Positions 1 through 14,200 of a stretch of DNA of 64,000 bases are shown piece after piece. Position numbers and translations under genes: made by a program. The notes below the pieces were generated by a model. The model was not told the DNA's origin, did not search any database, and was given only the letters and a program-made list of their open reading frames with translations. Numbering within the stretch: position 1 is the first letter of the stretch; each line of letters begins with the position of its first letter. Source of the stretch: Haliotis rubra (Eukaryota); assembly GCF_003918875.1 (NCBI RefSeq), contig NW_025767231.1:62001-126000 (forward strand), in the 5' to 3' direction.

Positions 1-2165
1 TACCCTGGGTGTATTGCTTGTAACTCATCTCCCATTATCACATACCGTGGGTGTATTGCTTGTATCTCATCTCATATTATCACATACTCTGAGTGTATTG
101 TTTATATCTCATATCTCCCATTATCACATACCCTGGGTGTATTGCTTGTATCTCATCTCATATTATCACATACCCTGAGTGTATTGTTTATATCTCATAT
201 CTCCCATTATCACATACCCTGAGTGTATTGCTTGTATCATATCTCCCATTATCACATACGCTGAGTGTATTGCTTATACCTCATCCCTCATTATCACATA
301 CCCTGGGTGTATTGCTTGTATCTCATCTCCCATTATCACATACCGTGGGTGTATTGCTTGTATCTCATAACTCATTATCACATACCCTGGGTGTATTGCT
401 TGTATCTCATCTCCCATTATCACATACCCTGGGTGTATTGCTTGTATCTCATCCTCATTATCACATACCCTGGGTGTATTGCTTGTATCTCATCTCCAAT
501 TATCACATACACTGAGTGTATTGCTTGTATCTCATCCCTCATTAATATACCCTGAGTGTATTGCTTGTATCTCATTTCCCATTATCATATACCCTGGGTG
601 TATTGCTTGTATCTCATCCCTCATTATTACATACCCTGGGTGTATAGCTTGTATCTCATCTCCAATTATCACATACACTGAGTGTATTGCTTGTATCTCA
701 TCCCTCATTATCACATACCCTGGGTGTATTGCTTGTATCTAACCTCCCATTATCACATACACTGAGTGTATTGCTTATATCTCATCCCTCATTATCACAT
801 ACCCTGGGTGTATTGCTTGTATCTCATCTCCAATTATCACATACACTGAGTGTATTGCTTGTATCTCATCCCTCATTAATATACCCTGAGTGTATTGCTT
901 GTATCTCATTTCCCATTATCATATACCCTGGGTGTATTGCTTGTATCTCATCCCTCATTATCACATACCCTGGGTGTATAGTTTGTATCTCATCTCCAAT
1001 TATCACATACACTGAGTGTATTGCTTGCATCTCATCCCTCATTAATATACCCTGAGTGTATTGCTTATATCTCATCCCTCATTATCACATACCCTGAGTG
1101 TATTGCTTGTATCTCATTTCCCATTATCATATATATACCCTAGCCTTGTATTCATCTTGTATCTCATCCCTCATTATCACATACCCTGGGTGTATAGCTT
1201 GTATCTCATCTCCAATTATCACATACACTGAGTGTATTGCTTATATCTCATCCCTCATTATCACATACCCTGGGTGTATTGCTTGTATCTCATCTCCCAT
1301 TATCACATACACTGAGTGTATTGTATATCTCATCCCTCATTATCACATACCCTGGGTGATTATTGCTTGTATCTCATCTCCCATTATCACATACCCTGGG
1401 TGTATTCCTTGTATCTCATCCCTCGTTATCACATACCCTGGGTGTATGGCTTATATCTCATCTCCCATTATCACATACCCTGGGTGTAGTCCTTGTATCT
1501 CATCCCTCATTCTCACAAACCCTGGGTGTATTACTTGTATCTCATCCCTCATTATCACTTACACTGAGTGTATTGCTTGTATCTCATCCCTCATTATCAC
1601 ATACCCTGGGTGTACTGCTCTTATCTCATCCCTCATTATCACATATCCTGGGTGTATTGCTTATATCTCATCTCCCATTATCACATACCGTGGGTGTATT
1701 GCTTATATCTCATCCCTCATTATCACATACCCTGAGTGTATTGCTTGTATCTCATCTCCCATTATCACATACCGTGGGTGTATTGCTTATATCTCATCCC
1801 TCATTATCACATATCCTGGGTGTATTGCTTGTATCTCATCTCCCATTATCACATACCCTGGATGTATTGCTTGTATCTCACCTCCCATTATCACATACCC
1901 TGAGTGTATTGTTTATATCTCATATCTCCCATTATCACATATCCTGGGTGTATTGCTTGTATCTCATCTCCCATTATCACATACCCTGAGGTGTATTGCT
2001 TATATCTCATCTCCCATTATCACATATCCTGGGTGTATTGCTTGTATCTCATCTCCCATTATCACATACCCTGGATTGTATTGCTTGTATCTCATCCCTC
2101 ATTCTCACTTACACTGGGTGTATTGCTAGGACCTCATGTCCCATTCTCTCATACAGGGTGTATTG
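1..2165. repeat. Intronic minisatellite, about 42-bp unit, roughly 50 copies, truncated by the window edge
   Basis: Unit TACCCTGGGTGTATTGCTTGTATCTCATCTCCCATTATCACA; starts about 100 bp into the intron after exon 2258-2356. Confidence 0.95.
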
Positions 2166-2257
2166 CTACAATCGTATCAACATACAATATTTCTACTCAT
2201 GTCAACGTTACATTCAAATGCCTATTCACCTGTCATTTATATTTTTCACATAAATAC

Positions 2258-5200
2258 CATTCTGTTTGGCCACTTCTATCTTCTTGATGTTGGCAAGTCT
2301 GGAGAGACTGTCATGCAGCATGTACAGCAGCGTGTCAGAATGGCTCCCAGGAAATTCTGGGAACAGCAGGCAGCAGATCATGGAACATGTGAGACTTATC
2401 CACTACATACATCTTAGCTCTCAAAGATCTAATCAAAGGATATCCCATTACTGGTCATATTAAAATGACCTTTAGCAAAATTTGACAGACCAAAGGGATG
2501 GCAAACATAAGTTTCCACATTAGCAAATCATCTTCCTTAAGCAATACAACACTAGTTTCAAACTGGTGATTTCCGTTTCAGACTAAACTCTGGACAAAAA
2601 TTTTGTAAAACTCTCAACTCAATATCTGAAAAACTGAACACGAAAAAATTCTGGAATGTGTAAAACTTCCCACTGGCTATGAAAAATCTCCTCCATTTTA
2701 AAGCTGGAGATGATGATGATGATGATTTTGCCTGTAACTGACATTCCGCATACCCAGTGTTAAGCCTGATAAGAGAAAACAGATCTCACTTTCCGGGCCT
2801 GGTAAGTGATGCTCTTTTCAGTCCAATGAAAGATCTGATTTTACTGAGCATATGAGCAAAGACTCTTACCTGAAATATCTCCTTCTCACACTGCTGAACA
2901 ATAGATGTCCGACAGTCAGCCCTCCTCCACAGGTGTTCAATCAGTTTGCCAATCTCAGATCTGATATCAGAAAAACACACATCAGACTTTTGAAAGACAT
3001 GCTGTCTATGGTTAAGATTAAGACACAGAAAATGTTACTTGTATAGCAACATTCTAGAGTCAATATTATCCATTAGCTTCTTACCTGACGTGAATCCTGG
3101 TTCAGATCACCTCAACAAGCTTCATCTGAACACCTCTCCTCTACATCAGTAATGGACTAGTGCTGAATTATGTAATCCACATTTATTACAAAGTTGTTGA
3201 AATTCTTACCTTGCAGAGTATTTGTCAAACTCATCTTTGTCTACATCCAGGCCCTCAACAACATCGGCGGCTGGCGTGGAGTGCGGAGGAGGGCGAGCCT
3301 AGCTGGTTCTGTACTGATGGGCATGTCTCCACCATCGCAGCAAGATCAGACATGAGACCGCTGCCCCATCCTCTAGGTACACAACACATTATTACACAGA
3401 CATAAGACCGCTGCCCCATCCTCTAGGTACACAACACATTATTACACAGACATAAGACCGCTGCCCCATCCTCTAGGTACTGGGTACACATGAGACCACT
3501 GCCCAAACCTCAGGTACACAACACATCATTACACAGACATGAGACTGCTGCCCCATCCTCTTTGTACACAACACATCATTACACAGACATGAGACTGCTG
3601 CCCCATCCTCTAGGTACACAACACATCATTACACAGACATGAGACTGCTGCCCTGTCCTCTAGGTACACAACACATTATCACACAGACATGAGACCGTTA
3701 CCCAATCCTCTAGGTACACAACACATTATTACACAGACATGAGACCCGCTGCCCCATCCTCTAGGTATACAACACATTATCACACAGACATGAGACCACT
3801 GCCCCATCCTCTAGGTACACAACACATTATCCACACAGACATGAGACCATTACCCAATCCTCTAGGTACACAACACATTATCACACAGACATGAGACCGC
3901 TGCCCCATCCTCTAGGTACACAACACATTATGACACAGACATGAGACTGCTGCCCAAACCTCTAGGTACACAACACATCATTACACAGACATGAGACCAC
4001 TGCCCCATCCTCTAGGTACACAACACATTATCACACAGACATGAGACCGCTGCCCCATCCTCTAGGTACACAACACATCATTACACAGACATGAGACCGC
4101 TGCCCCATCCTCTAGGTACACAACACATCATTACACAGACATGAGACGCTGCCCCATCCTCTAGGTACACAACACATCATTACACAGACATGAGACCACT
4201 GCCCCATCCTCTAGGTACACAACACATTATTACACAGACATGAGACTGCTGCCCCATCCTCTAGGTACACCACACATTATCACACAGACATGAGACCACT
4301 GCCCCATCCTCTAGGTACACAACACATCATTACACAGACATGAGACCGCTGCCCCATCCTCTAGGTACACAACACATTATCACACAGACATGAGACTGTT
4401 ACCCCATCCTCTAGGTACACAACACATTATTACACAGACATGAGACCGCTGCCCCATCATCTAGGTACACAACACATTATCACACAGACATGAGACTGCT
4501 GCCCCATCCTCTAGGTACACAACACATTATCACACAGACATGAGACCGCTGCCCCATCCTCTAGGTACACAACACATTATCACACAGACAAAAGACCACT
4601 GCCCCATCCTCTAGGTACACAACACATTATTACACAGACATAAGACCGCTGCCCCATCCTCTAGGTACACAACACATTATCACACAGACAAAGACCACTG
4701 CCCCATCCTCTTGGTACACAACACATTATCACACAGACAAGAGACCGCTGCCCCATCTTCTAGGTACACAACACATCATTACACAGACATGAGACTGCTG
4801 CCCCGTCCTCTAGGTACACAACACATCATTACACAGACATGAGACTGCTGCCCCATCCTCTAGGTACACAACACATCATTACACAGACATGAGACTGCTG
4901 CCCCATCCTCTAGGTACACAACACATTATCACACAGACATTAGACCGTTACCCAATCCTCTAGGTACACAACTGACTGACTGACTGACTGAGTTTAGTTT
5001 TACGCCGCTTTTAGCAATATTCCAGCAATATCACGGCGGGGGACACCAGAAATGGGCTTAACACATTGTGCCCATGTGGGGAATCGAACCCGGGTCTTCG
5101 GCGTGACGAGCCAACGCTTTAACCACTAGGCTACCCCACCGCCCCCCTAGGTACACAACACATCATTACACAGACATGAGACCGCTACCCCATCCTCTTG

Positions 5201-8200
5201 GTACACAACACATCATTACACAGACATGAGACTGCTGCCCCATCCTCTAGGTACACAACACATCATTACACAGACATGAGACCGCTGCCCAATCCTCTAG
5301 GTACACAACACATTATCACACAGACATGACTGACTGACTGAGTTTAGTTTTACGCCGCTTTTAGCAATATTCCAGCAATATCACGGCGGGGGACACCAGA
5401 AATGGGCTTAACACATTGTGCCCATGTGGGGAATCGAACCCGGGTCTTCGGCGTGACGAGCCAACGCTTTAACCACTAGGCTACCCCACCGCCCCCACAG
5501 ACATGAGACCGCTGCCCCATCCTCTAGGTACACAACACATTATCACACAGACATGAGACCGTTACCCAATCCTCTAGGTACACAACACATTATCACACAG
5601 ACATGAGACTGTTACCCAATCCTCTAGGTACACAACACATTATCACACAGACATGAGACCTCACCCCATCCTCTAGGTACACAACACATCATAACACAGA
5701 CATGAGACCGCTGCCCCATCCTCTAGGTACACAACACATCATTACACAGACATGAGACCACTGCCCCATCCTCTAGGTACACAACACATTATCACACAGA
5801 CATGAGACCGCTGCCCCATCCTCTAGGTACACAACACATTATCACACAGACATGAGACCGTTACCCAATCCTCTAGGTACACAACACATTATCACACAGA
5901 CATGAGACTGTTACCCAATCCTCTAGGTACACAACACATTATCACACAGACATGAGACCTCACCCCATCCTCTAGGTACACAACACATCATAACACAGAC
6001 ATGAGACCGCTGCCCCATCCTCTAGGTACACAACACATCATTACACAGACATGAGACCACTGCCCCATCCTCTAGGTACACAACACATTATTACACAAAC
6101 ATGAGACCGTTACCCAATCCTCTAGGTATTGTTCATTGCTTTATTAACATTGACATGCTGATATTAATGTGTCACTGACCAAGAAGTTACATGCACTATT
6201 GTCATTCCAGAAATTTTGGGTACATACCTTGAGCTTTGCCTTTTTGATGAGTTGACAAACTGGAGCAAACAAGAGACCATCTTACTGGCAGGAATAGGAC
6301 CAGGCATGAGGTCAGGCCTCTCCAGGAGACTTACACAGCAGTCAACAAAGAAGGAGATCTGTGGACAGAGATAGCACCAGGCATGTCAGGCCTTTCTAGA
6401 AGACACACAACAAAGGAGGAGATCTGTGGACAGAGATAGGACCAGGCATGACGTCAGGTCTTTCTAGAAGACACACAACAAAGGAGGAGATCTGTGGACA
6501 GAGATAGGACCTGGCATGACGTCAGGTCTTTCTAGAAGACACACAACAAAGGAGGAGATCTGTGGACAGAGATAGGACCAGGCATGACATCAGGTCTTTC
6601 TAGAAGACACACAACAAAGGAGGAGATCTGTGGACAGAGATAGCACCAGGCATGTCAGGCCTTTCTAGAAGACACACAACAAAGGAGGAGATCTGTGGAC
6701 AGAGATAGGACCAGGCATGTCAGGCCTTTCTAGAAGAAAACACAACAAAGAAGGAGATCTGTGGACAGAGATAGCACCAGGCATGACGTCAGGTGTTTCT
6801 AGAAGACACACAACAAACGAGGAGATCTGTGGACAGAGATAGCACCAGGCATGTCAGGCCTTTCTAGAAGAAACACAACAAAGGAGGAGATCTGTGGACA
6901 CAGATAGGACCAGGCATGTCAGGCCTTTCTAGAAGAAACACAACAAAGGAGGAGATCTGTGGACAGAGATAGCACCAGGCATGGCGTCAGGTCTTTCTAG
7001 AAGACACACAACAAACAAGGAGAGGAGGAGATCTGTGGACAGAGATAGCACCAGGCATGTCAGGCCTTTCTAGAAGAAACACAACAAAGGAGGAGATCTG
7101 TGGACAGAGATAGGACCAGGCATGTCAGGCCTTTCTAGAAGAAACACAACAAAGGAGGAGATCTGTGGACAGAGATAGCACCAGGCATGTCAGGCCTTTC
7201 TAGAAGAAACACAACAAAGAAGGAGATCTGTGGACAGAGATAGGACCAGGCATGACGTCAGGTCTTTCTAGAAGACACACAACAAAGGAGGAGATCTGTG
7301 GACAGAGATAGGACCAGGCATGAGGTCAGGTCTTTCTAGAAGACACACAACAAAGGAGGAGATCTGTGGACAGAGATAGCACCAGGCATGACGTCAGGTG
7401 TTTCTAGAAGACACACAACAAACGAGGAGATCTGTGGACAGAGATAGCACCAGGCATGTCAGGCCTTTCTAGAAGAAACACAACAAAGGAGGAGATCTGT
7501 GGACAGAGATAGGACCAGGCATGTCAGGCCTTTCTACAAGAAACACAACAAAGGAGGAGATCTGTGGACAGAGATAGGACCAGGCATGTCAGGCCTTTCT
7601 AGAAGAAACACAACAAAGAAGGAGATCTGTGGACAGAGATAGGACCAGGCATGACGTCAGGTCTTTCTAGAAGACACACAACAAAGGAGGAGATCTGTGG
7701 ACAGAGATAGCACCAGGCATGTCAGGCCTTTCTAGAAGAAACACAACAAAGGAGGAGATCTGTGGACAGAGATAGCACCAGGCATGACGTCAGGTCTTTC
7801 TAGAAGACACACAACAAAGGAGGAGATCTGTGGACAGAGATAGGACCAGGCATGACGTCAGGTCTTTCTAGAAGACACACAACAAAGGAGGAGATCTGTG
7901 GACAGAGATAGCACCAGGCATGACGTCAGGTCTTTCTAGAAGAAACACAACAAACAAAGGAGATCTGTGGACAGAGATAGCACCAGGCATGTCAGGCCTT
8001 TCTAGAAGAAACACAACAAAGGAGGAGATCTGTGGACAGAGATAGGACCAGGCATGTCAGGCCTTTCTAGAAGAAACACAACAAAGGAGGAGATCTGTGG
8101 ACAGAGATAGGACCAGGCATGTCAGGCCTTTCTAGAAGAAACACAACAAAGAAGGAGATCTGTGGACAGAGATAGGACCAGGCATGACGTCAGGTCTTTC

Positions 8201-11200
8201 TAGAAGACACACAACAAAGGAGGAGATCTGTGGACAGAGATAGGACCAGGCATGACATCAGGTCTTTCTAGAAGAAACACACAACAAAGGAGGAGATCTG
8301 TGGACAGAGATAGCACCAGGCATGTCAGGCCTTTCTAGAAGAAACACAACAAAGGAGGAGATCTGTGGACAGAGATAGGACCAGGCATGTCAGGCCTTTC
8401 TAGAAGAAACACAACAAAGGAGGAGATCTGTGGACAGAGATAGCACCAGGCATGTCAGGCCTTCCTAGAAGAAACACAACAAAAGAGGAGATCTGTGGAC
8501 AGAGATAGCACCAGGCATGACGTCAGGTCTTTCTAGAAGAAACACAACAAAGGAGGAGATCTGTGGACAGAGATAGGACCAGGCATGACGTCAGGTCTTT
8601 CTAGAAGACACACAACAAAGGAGGAGATCTGTGGACAGAGATAGCACCAGGCATGACGTCAGGTCTTTCTAGAAGAAACACAACAAAGGAGGAGATCTGT
8701 GGACAGAGATAGCACCAGGCATGTCAGGCCTTTCTAAAAGACACACAACAAAGGAGGAGATCTGTGGACAGAGATAGGACCAGGCATGACGTCAGGTCTT
8801 TCTAGAAGAAACACAACAAAGAAGGAGATCTGTGGACAGAGATAGCACCAGGCATGTCAGGCCTTTCTAGAAGAAACACAACAAAGGAGGAGATCTGTGG
8901 ACAGAGATAGCACCAGGCATGACGTCAGGTCTTTCTAGAAGAAACACAACAAAGGAGGAGATCTGTGGACAGAGATAGCACCAGGCATGTCAGGCCTTTC
9001 TAGAAGAAACACAACAAAGGAGGAGATCTGTGGACAGAGATAGCACCAGGCATGTCAGGCCTTTCTAGAAGACACACAACAAAGGAGGAGATCTGTGGAC
9101 AGAGATAGCACCAGGCATGTCAGGTCTTTCTAGAAGAAACACAACAAAGGAGGAGATCTGTGGACAGAGATAGGACCAGGCATGTCAGGCCTTTCTAGAA
9201 GAAACACAACAAAGAAGGAGATCTGTGGACAGAGATAGGACCAGGCATGACGTCAGGTCTTTCTAGAAGAAACACAACAAAGGAGGAGATCTGTGGACAG
9301 AGATAGCACCAGGCATGTCAGGCCTTTCTAGAAGAAACACAACAAAGGAGGAGATCTGTGGACAGAGATAGCACCAGGCATGACGTCAGGTCTTTCTTGA
9401 AGAAACACAACAAAGGAGGAGATCTGTGGACAGAGATAGCACCAGGCATGTCAGGCCTTTCTAGAAGAAACACAACAAAGGAGGAGATCTGTGGACAGAG
9501 ATAGCACCAGGCATGTCAGGCCTTTCTAGAAGACACACAACAAAGGAGGAGATCTGTGGACAGAGATAGCACCAGGCATGTCAGGTCTTTCTAGAAGACA
9601 CACAACAAAGGAGGAGATCTGTGGACAGAGATAGGACCAGGCATGTCAGGCCTTTCTAGAAGAAACACAACAAAGAAGGAGATCTGTGGACAGAGATAGG
9701 ACCAGGCATGACGTCAGGTCTTTCTAGAAGAAACACAACAAAGGAGGAGATCTGTGGACAGAGATAGCACCAGGCATGTCAGGCCTTTCTAGAAGACACA
9801 CAACAAAGGAGGAGATCTGTGGACAGAGATAGCAGCAGGCATGTCAGGCCTTTCTAGAAGACACACAACAAAGGAGGAGATCTGTGGACAGAGATAGCAC
9901 CAGGCATGTCAGGCCTTTCTAGAAGAAACACAACAAAGAAGGAGATCTGTGGACAGAGATAGGACCAGGCATGACGTCAGGTGTTTCTAGAAGACACACA
10001 ACAAAGGAGGAGATCTGTGGACAGAGATAGCACCAGGCATGACGTCAGGTCTTTCTAGAAGAAACACAACAAAGAAGGAGATCTGTGGACAGAGAGAGGA
10101 CCAGGCATGTCAGGCCTTTCTACAAGACACATAACAAAGGAGGAGATATGTGGACAGAGATAGGACCAGGCATGTCAGGCCTTTCTAGAAGAAACACAAC
10201 AAAGGAGGAGATCTGTGGACAGAGAGAGGACCAGGCATGAGGACAGGCCTTTCTAGAAGACACACAACAAAGGAGGAGATCTGTGGACAGAGATAGCACC
10301 AGGCATGACGTCAGGTCTTTCTAGAAGACACACAACAAAGGAGGAGATCTGTGGACAGAGATAGCACCAGGCATGTCAGGCCTTTCTAGAAGAAACACAA
10401 CAAAGGAGGAGATCTGTGGACAGAGAGAGGACCAGGCATGTCAGGCCTTTCTACAAGACACATAACAAAGGAGGAGATATGTGAACCGAGATAGCACCAG
10501 GCATGAGGACAGGCCTTTCTAGAAGACACACAACAAAGGAGGAGATATGTGGACCGAGATAGGACCAGGCATGTCAGGCCTTTCTAGAAGAAACACAACA
10601 AAGGAAGAGATCTGTGGACAGAGAGAGGACCAGGCATGTCAGGCCTTTCTACAAGACACATAACAAAGGAGGAGATATGTGAACCGAGATAGCACCAGGC
10701 ATGAGGACAGGCCTTTCTAGAAGACACACAACAAAGGAGGAGATATGTGGACCGAGATAGGACCAGGCATGTCAGGCCTTTCTAGAAGAAACACAACAAA
10801 GGAAGAGATCTGTGGACACAGGATTGAGGGAGTTGAAAAACATGCTCAACAACATACAAATTCATGCATTTACAAGTCCATATGTAACCATGGAAACTCA
10901 CTGAAAGACCCTGGAGAACTCCCTTGTGGACGTAGACTGCATGGGTGGCCACAAACCGGAACCAGATGGCCATATCCTTCACACAGAACTCTGGTATCAT
11001 GGAAAAAGCCTTCTTCTCTGCCTTCACTTTCTCCTCATCACTTACTGATCCCTGTGAAAGAACAAGAACTAGATTAGAACAGAATTTACGTGTCTTATCA
11101 TGGACAATTTTGGTAATCTATTTGGAAGTGAAAGACAACTAGAAAGGTGTTGGCAGTTCATGCAGCAAACAGAAGCTACCCCAAACACACAATTTCCTGA

Positions 11201-14200
11201 AGGCTCTAAAACTGTTCCATCAGAAACAGGAATCATGAACCGTTTTGACTTAACCACAGCATGTCAAATGCAGTACAACTTTGGGACTTTTTTGAGTAAT
11301 TCCAGGTTCAAATAACATAACTTCTCTTTTGGCAATGCAGAAGTAGAACAGTAAAAGAGTAATGACTCCACAATAAAATAGTTATAGCCACTTCCAGTTT
11401 AAAAAAACACTTTCAGTTTTGGAAACCATCTGACCAGTGCGGTACATCTTTGATGTATAATCAAACCATGCCAGCAGCTAATATAATATCCAAGTTATGA
11501 GCACACCCAGCATATATAACACCACGAATTACACCACAGACATCACGGACATACAGTTTTGTCAGATTTCAATCATAAATGCTCAAGTATAGAAGTTATG
11601 TAGGCATATACTTTCACATATTGACCTCTGGCACCCTTAACCTCATATGGAGGTCACCCAAAACTTGATAGGATTGGGACCCCGCCTTTGAGTTCATGTA
11701 GACTGACAAAATTCCATTCATAAATGTTCAAGTTATAACATAGACAAGCTTCATTTATTCCTAGTTCATAATGACTGACCTTCACCTACCAGTCAATCAT
11801 ATGTCAGATGTACACAGGAAGTATATCAGGTGTGAAGAGTCTAACACCTCTCACAAGTATGTGGTTTACAAATCTAACTGTTTACAATGCTAATGGATGG
11901 GACTGACCTCCCCAGCTTCCTTCAGCAGCTTCTGCAGCAACTCAGCCTGACTGAGATAGAACATTGTGACACTCCGGACAAGCTCCTGGTCACACAGACA
12001 GGTATCCCACATCAGAGTCAGCAGCTGGAACGAAAGCATGGAATGGATCCATTATAGATAAATATACTGACATCATAACTGCAATAGAGGGATAGATACT
12101 TAATAATAAATAATAATAATAATGGCTATTCATAAAGCTCCTGTTTCTATGCACTGGTGCATGCTCAAAGGGCTAACATGTTATTACCCTGCCTGTGAGG
12201 TGTAAGATGGTTAAGAGTCACATGACTTATCCCACTGGGTACCCATTCACTGCTGGGTGAACAGAGGCTATCCATGAACAAACTCACTTGCCTAAGGTGA
12301 CACCAGATGTGTCACCTGTACTTAGTATTTCTAAATACTTACCACGTGCTGGTTGCGAATCTGCTCTTCAAGGCTGCTTCCCTTTACAGACTCTATTTTC
12401 AGTTGCAGGTCTCTGAAAGGAAACATCACCAGTAAACACTTATGTTTGTAGTGTGTGAATGTATGTGGGACATGTACAGCAATGTTTTAATTATTCAGGC
12501 CATCAACTAAAAACTGCAGCTTATTGTGACATCAATTGACCTTTAAATTTACTGCAGGTCATAAGGAACCACACAAGTTTGGAAGGTCAGGCCTTACTAG
12601 AGACCTACATGCCACAGGCCTTATTGGCACCTTAGGGAAAGGAACTTATTTCAAACACTGACCTGATAATTACACACCTCTGCACCTTGTTGTAGTGCAT
12701 GATGGTAGATGGGGACACCACACTGAGGGCTACTCACCTCTGCATCCTGTTGTAGTGAGTGAGTGAGTGAGTGAGTGAGTAAGTTTAGTTTTACGCCGCA
12801 CTCAGCAATATCCCAGCTATATGGCGGCGGTCTGTAAATAATCTAGTCTGGACCAGACAATCCAGTGATCAACAGCATGAGCATCGATCTGCGCAATTGG
12901 GAACCGATGACATGAGGGCTATTCACCTCTGCATCCTGTTGTAGTGCATGATGGTAGATGGGGACACCACACTTAGGGCTACTCACCTCTGCATCCTGTT
13001 GTAGTGCATGATGGTAGATGGGGACACCACACTAAGGGCTACTCACCTCTGCATCCTGTTGTAGTGCATGATGGTAGATGGGGACACCACACTTAGGGCT
13101 ACTCACCTCTGCATCCTGTTGTAGTGCATGATGGTAGATGGGGACACCACACTAAGGGCTACTTACCTCTGCATCCTGTTGTAGTGCATGATGGTAGATG
13201 GGGACACCACACTGATGGCTACTTATCTCTGCATCCTGTTGCAGTGCATGATGGTAGATGGGGACACCACACTGAGGGCTACTTACCTCTACATCCTGTT
13301 GCAGTGCATGATGGTAGATGGGGACACCACACTTAGGGCTACTTACCTCTGCATCCTGTTGTAGTGCATGATGGTAGATGGGGACACCACACGGAGGGCT
13401 ACTTACCTCTGCATCCTGTTGTAGTGCATGATGGTATATGGGGACACCACACTAAGGGCTACTTACCTCTGCATCCTGTTGCAGTGCATGATGGTAGATG
13501 GGGACACCACACGGAGGGCTACTTACCTCTGCATCCTGTTGTAGTGCATGATGGTAGATGGGGACACCACACTTAGGGCTACTTACCTCTGCATCCTGTT
13601 GCAGTGCATGATGGTAGATGGGGACACCACACTAAGGGCTACTTACCTCTGCATCCTGTTGTAGTGCATGATGGTAGATGGGGACACCACACTTAGGGCT
13701 ACTTACCTCTGCATCCTGTTGCAGTGCATGATGGTAGATGGGGACACCACACGGAGGGCTACTTACCTCTGCATCCTGTTGTAGTGCATGATGGTAGATG
13801 GGGACACCACACTAAGGGCTACTTACCTCTGCATCCTGTTGTAGTGCATGATGGTAGATGGGGACACCACACTTAGGGCTACTTACCTCTGCATCCTGTT
13901 GTAGTGCATGATGGTAGATGGGGACACCACACTAAGGGCTACTTACCTCTGCATCCTGTTGTAGTGCATGATGGTAGATGGGGACACCACACTGATGGCT
14001 ACTTATCTCTGCATCCTGTTGCAGTGCATGATGGTAGATGGGGACACCACACTGAGGGCTACTTACCTCTACATCCTGTTGCAGTGCATGATGGTAGATG
14101 GGGACACCACACTTAGGGCTACCTACCTCTGCATCCTGTTGTAGTGCATGATGGTAGATGGGGACACCACACTTAGGGCTACTTACCTCTGCATCCTGTT

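Larger units (their letters stand above)
3349..6128 (-). repeat. Splice-acceptor tandem array, 50-bp unit, about 49 copies
   Basis: Minus-strand unit tgtgtaataatgtgttgtgtacctag|AGGATGGGGCAGCGGTCTCATGTC, which is the acceptor plus the first 24 nt of exon 3210-3372. Confidence 0.95.

Noticed and set aside
93-2129. Long ORFs such as the 343-aa (IITYPGCIACISSP)n
   Set aside because: Stop-free frames of a 42-bp intronic minisatellite, antisense to the host gene, switching frame at indels
1-2165. The 42-bp array as another splice-junction array (it contains CAGG|GTATGT on the minus strand)
   Set aside because: No adjoining exon with this sequence is visible and the far end is outside the window; unresolved
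5070-5146. tRNA-Asp gene
   Set aside because: A and B boxes are present but there is no proper acceptor stem; followed by a SINE body and tail and flanked by a TSD
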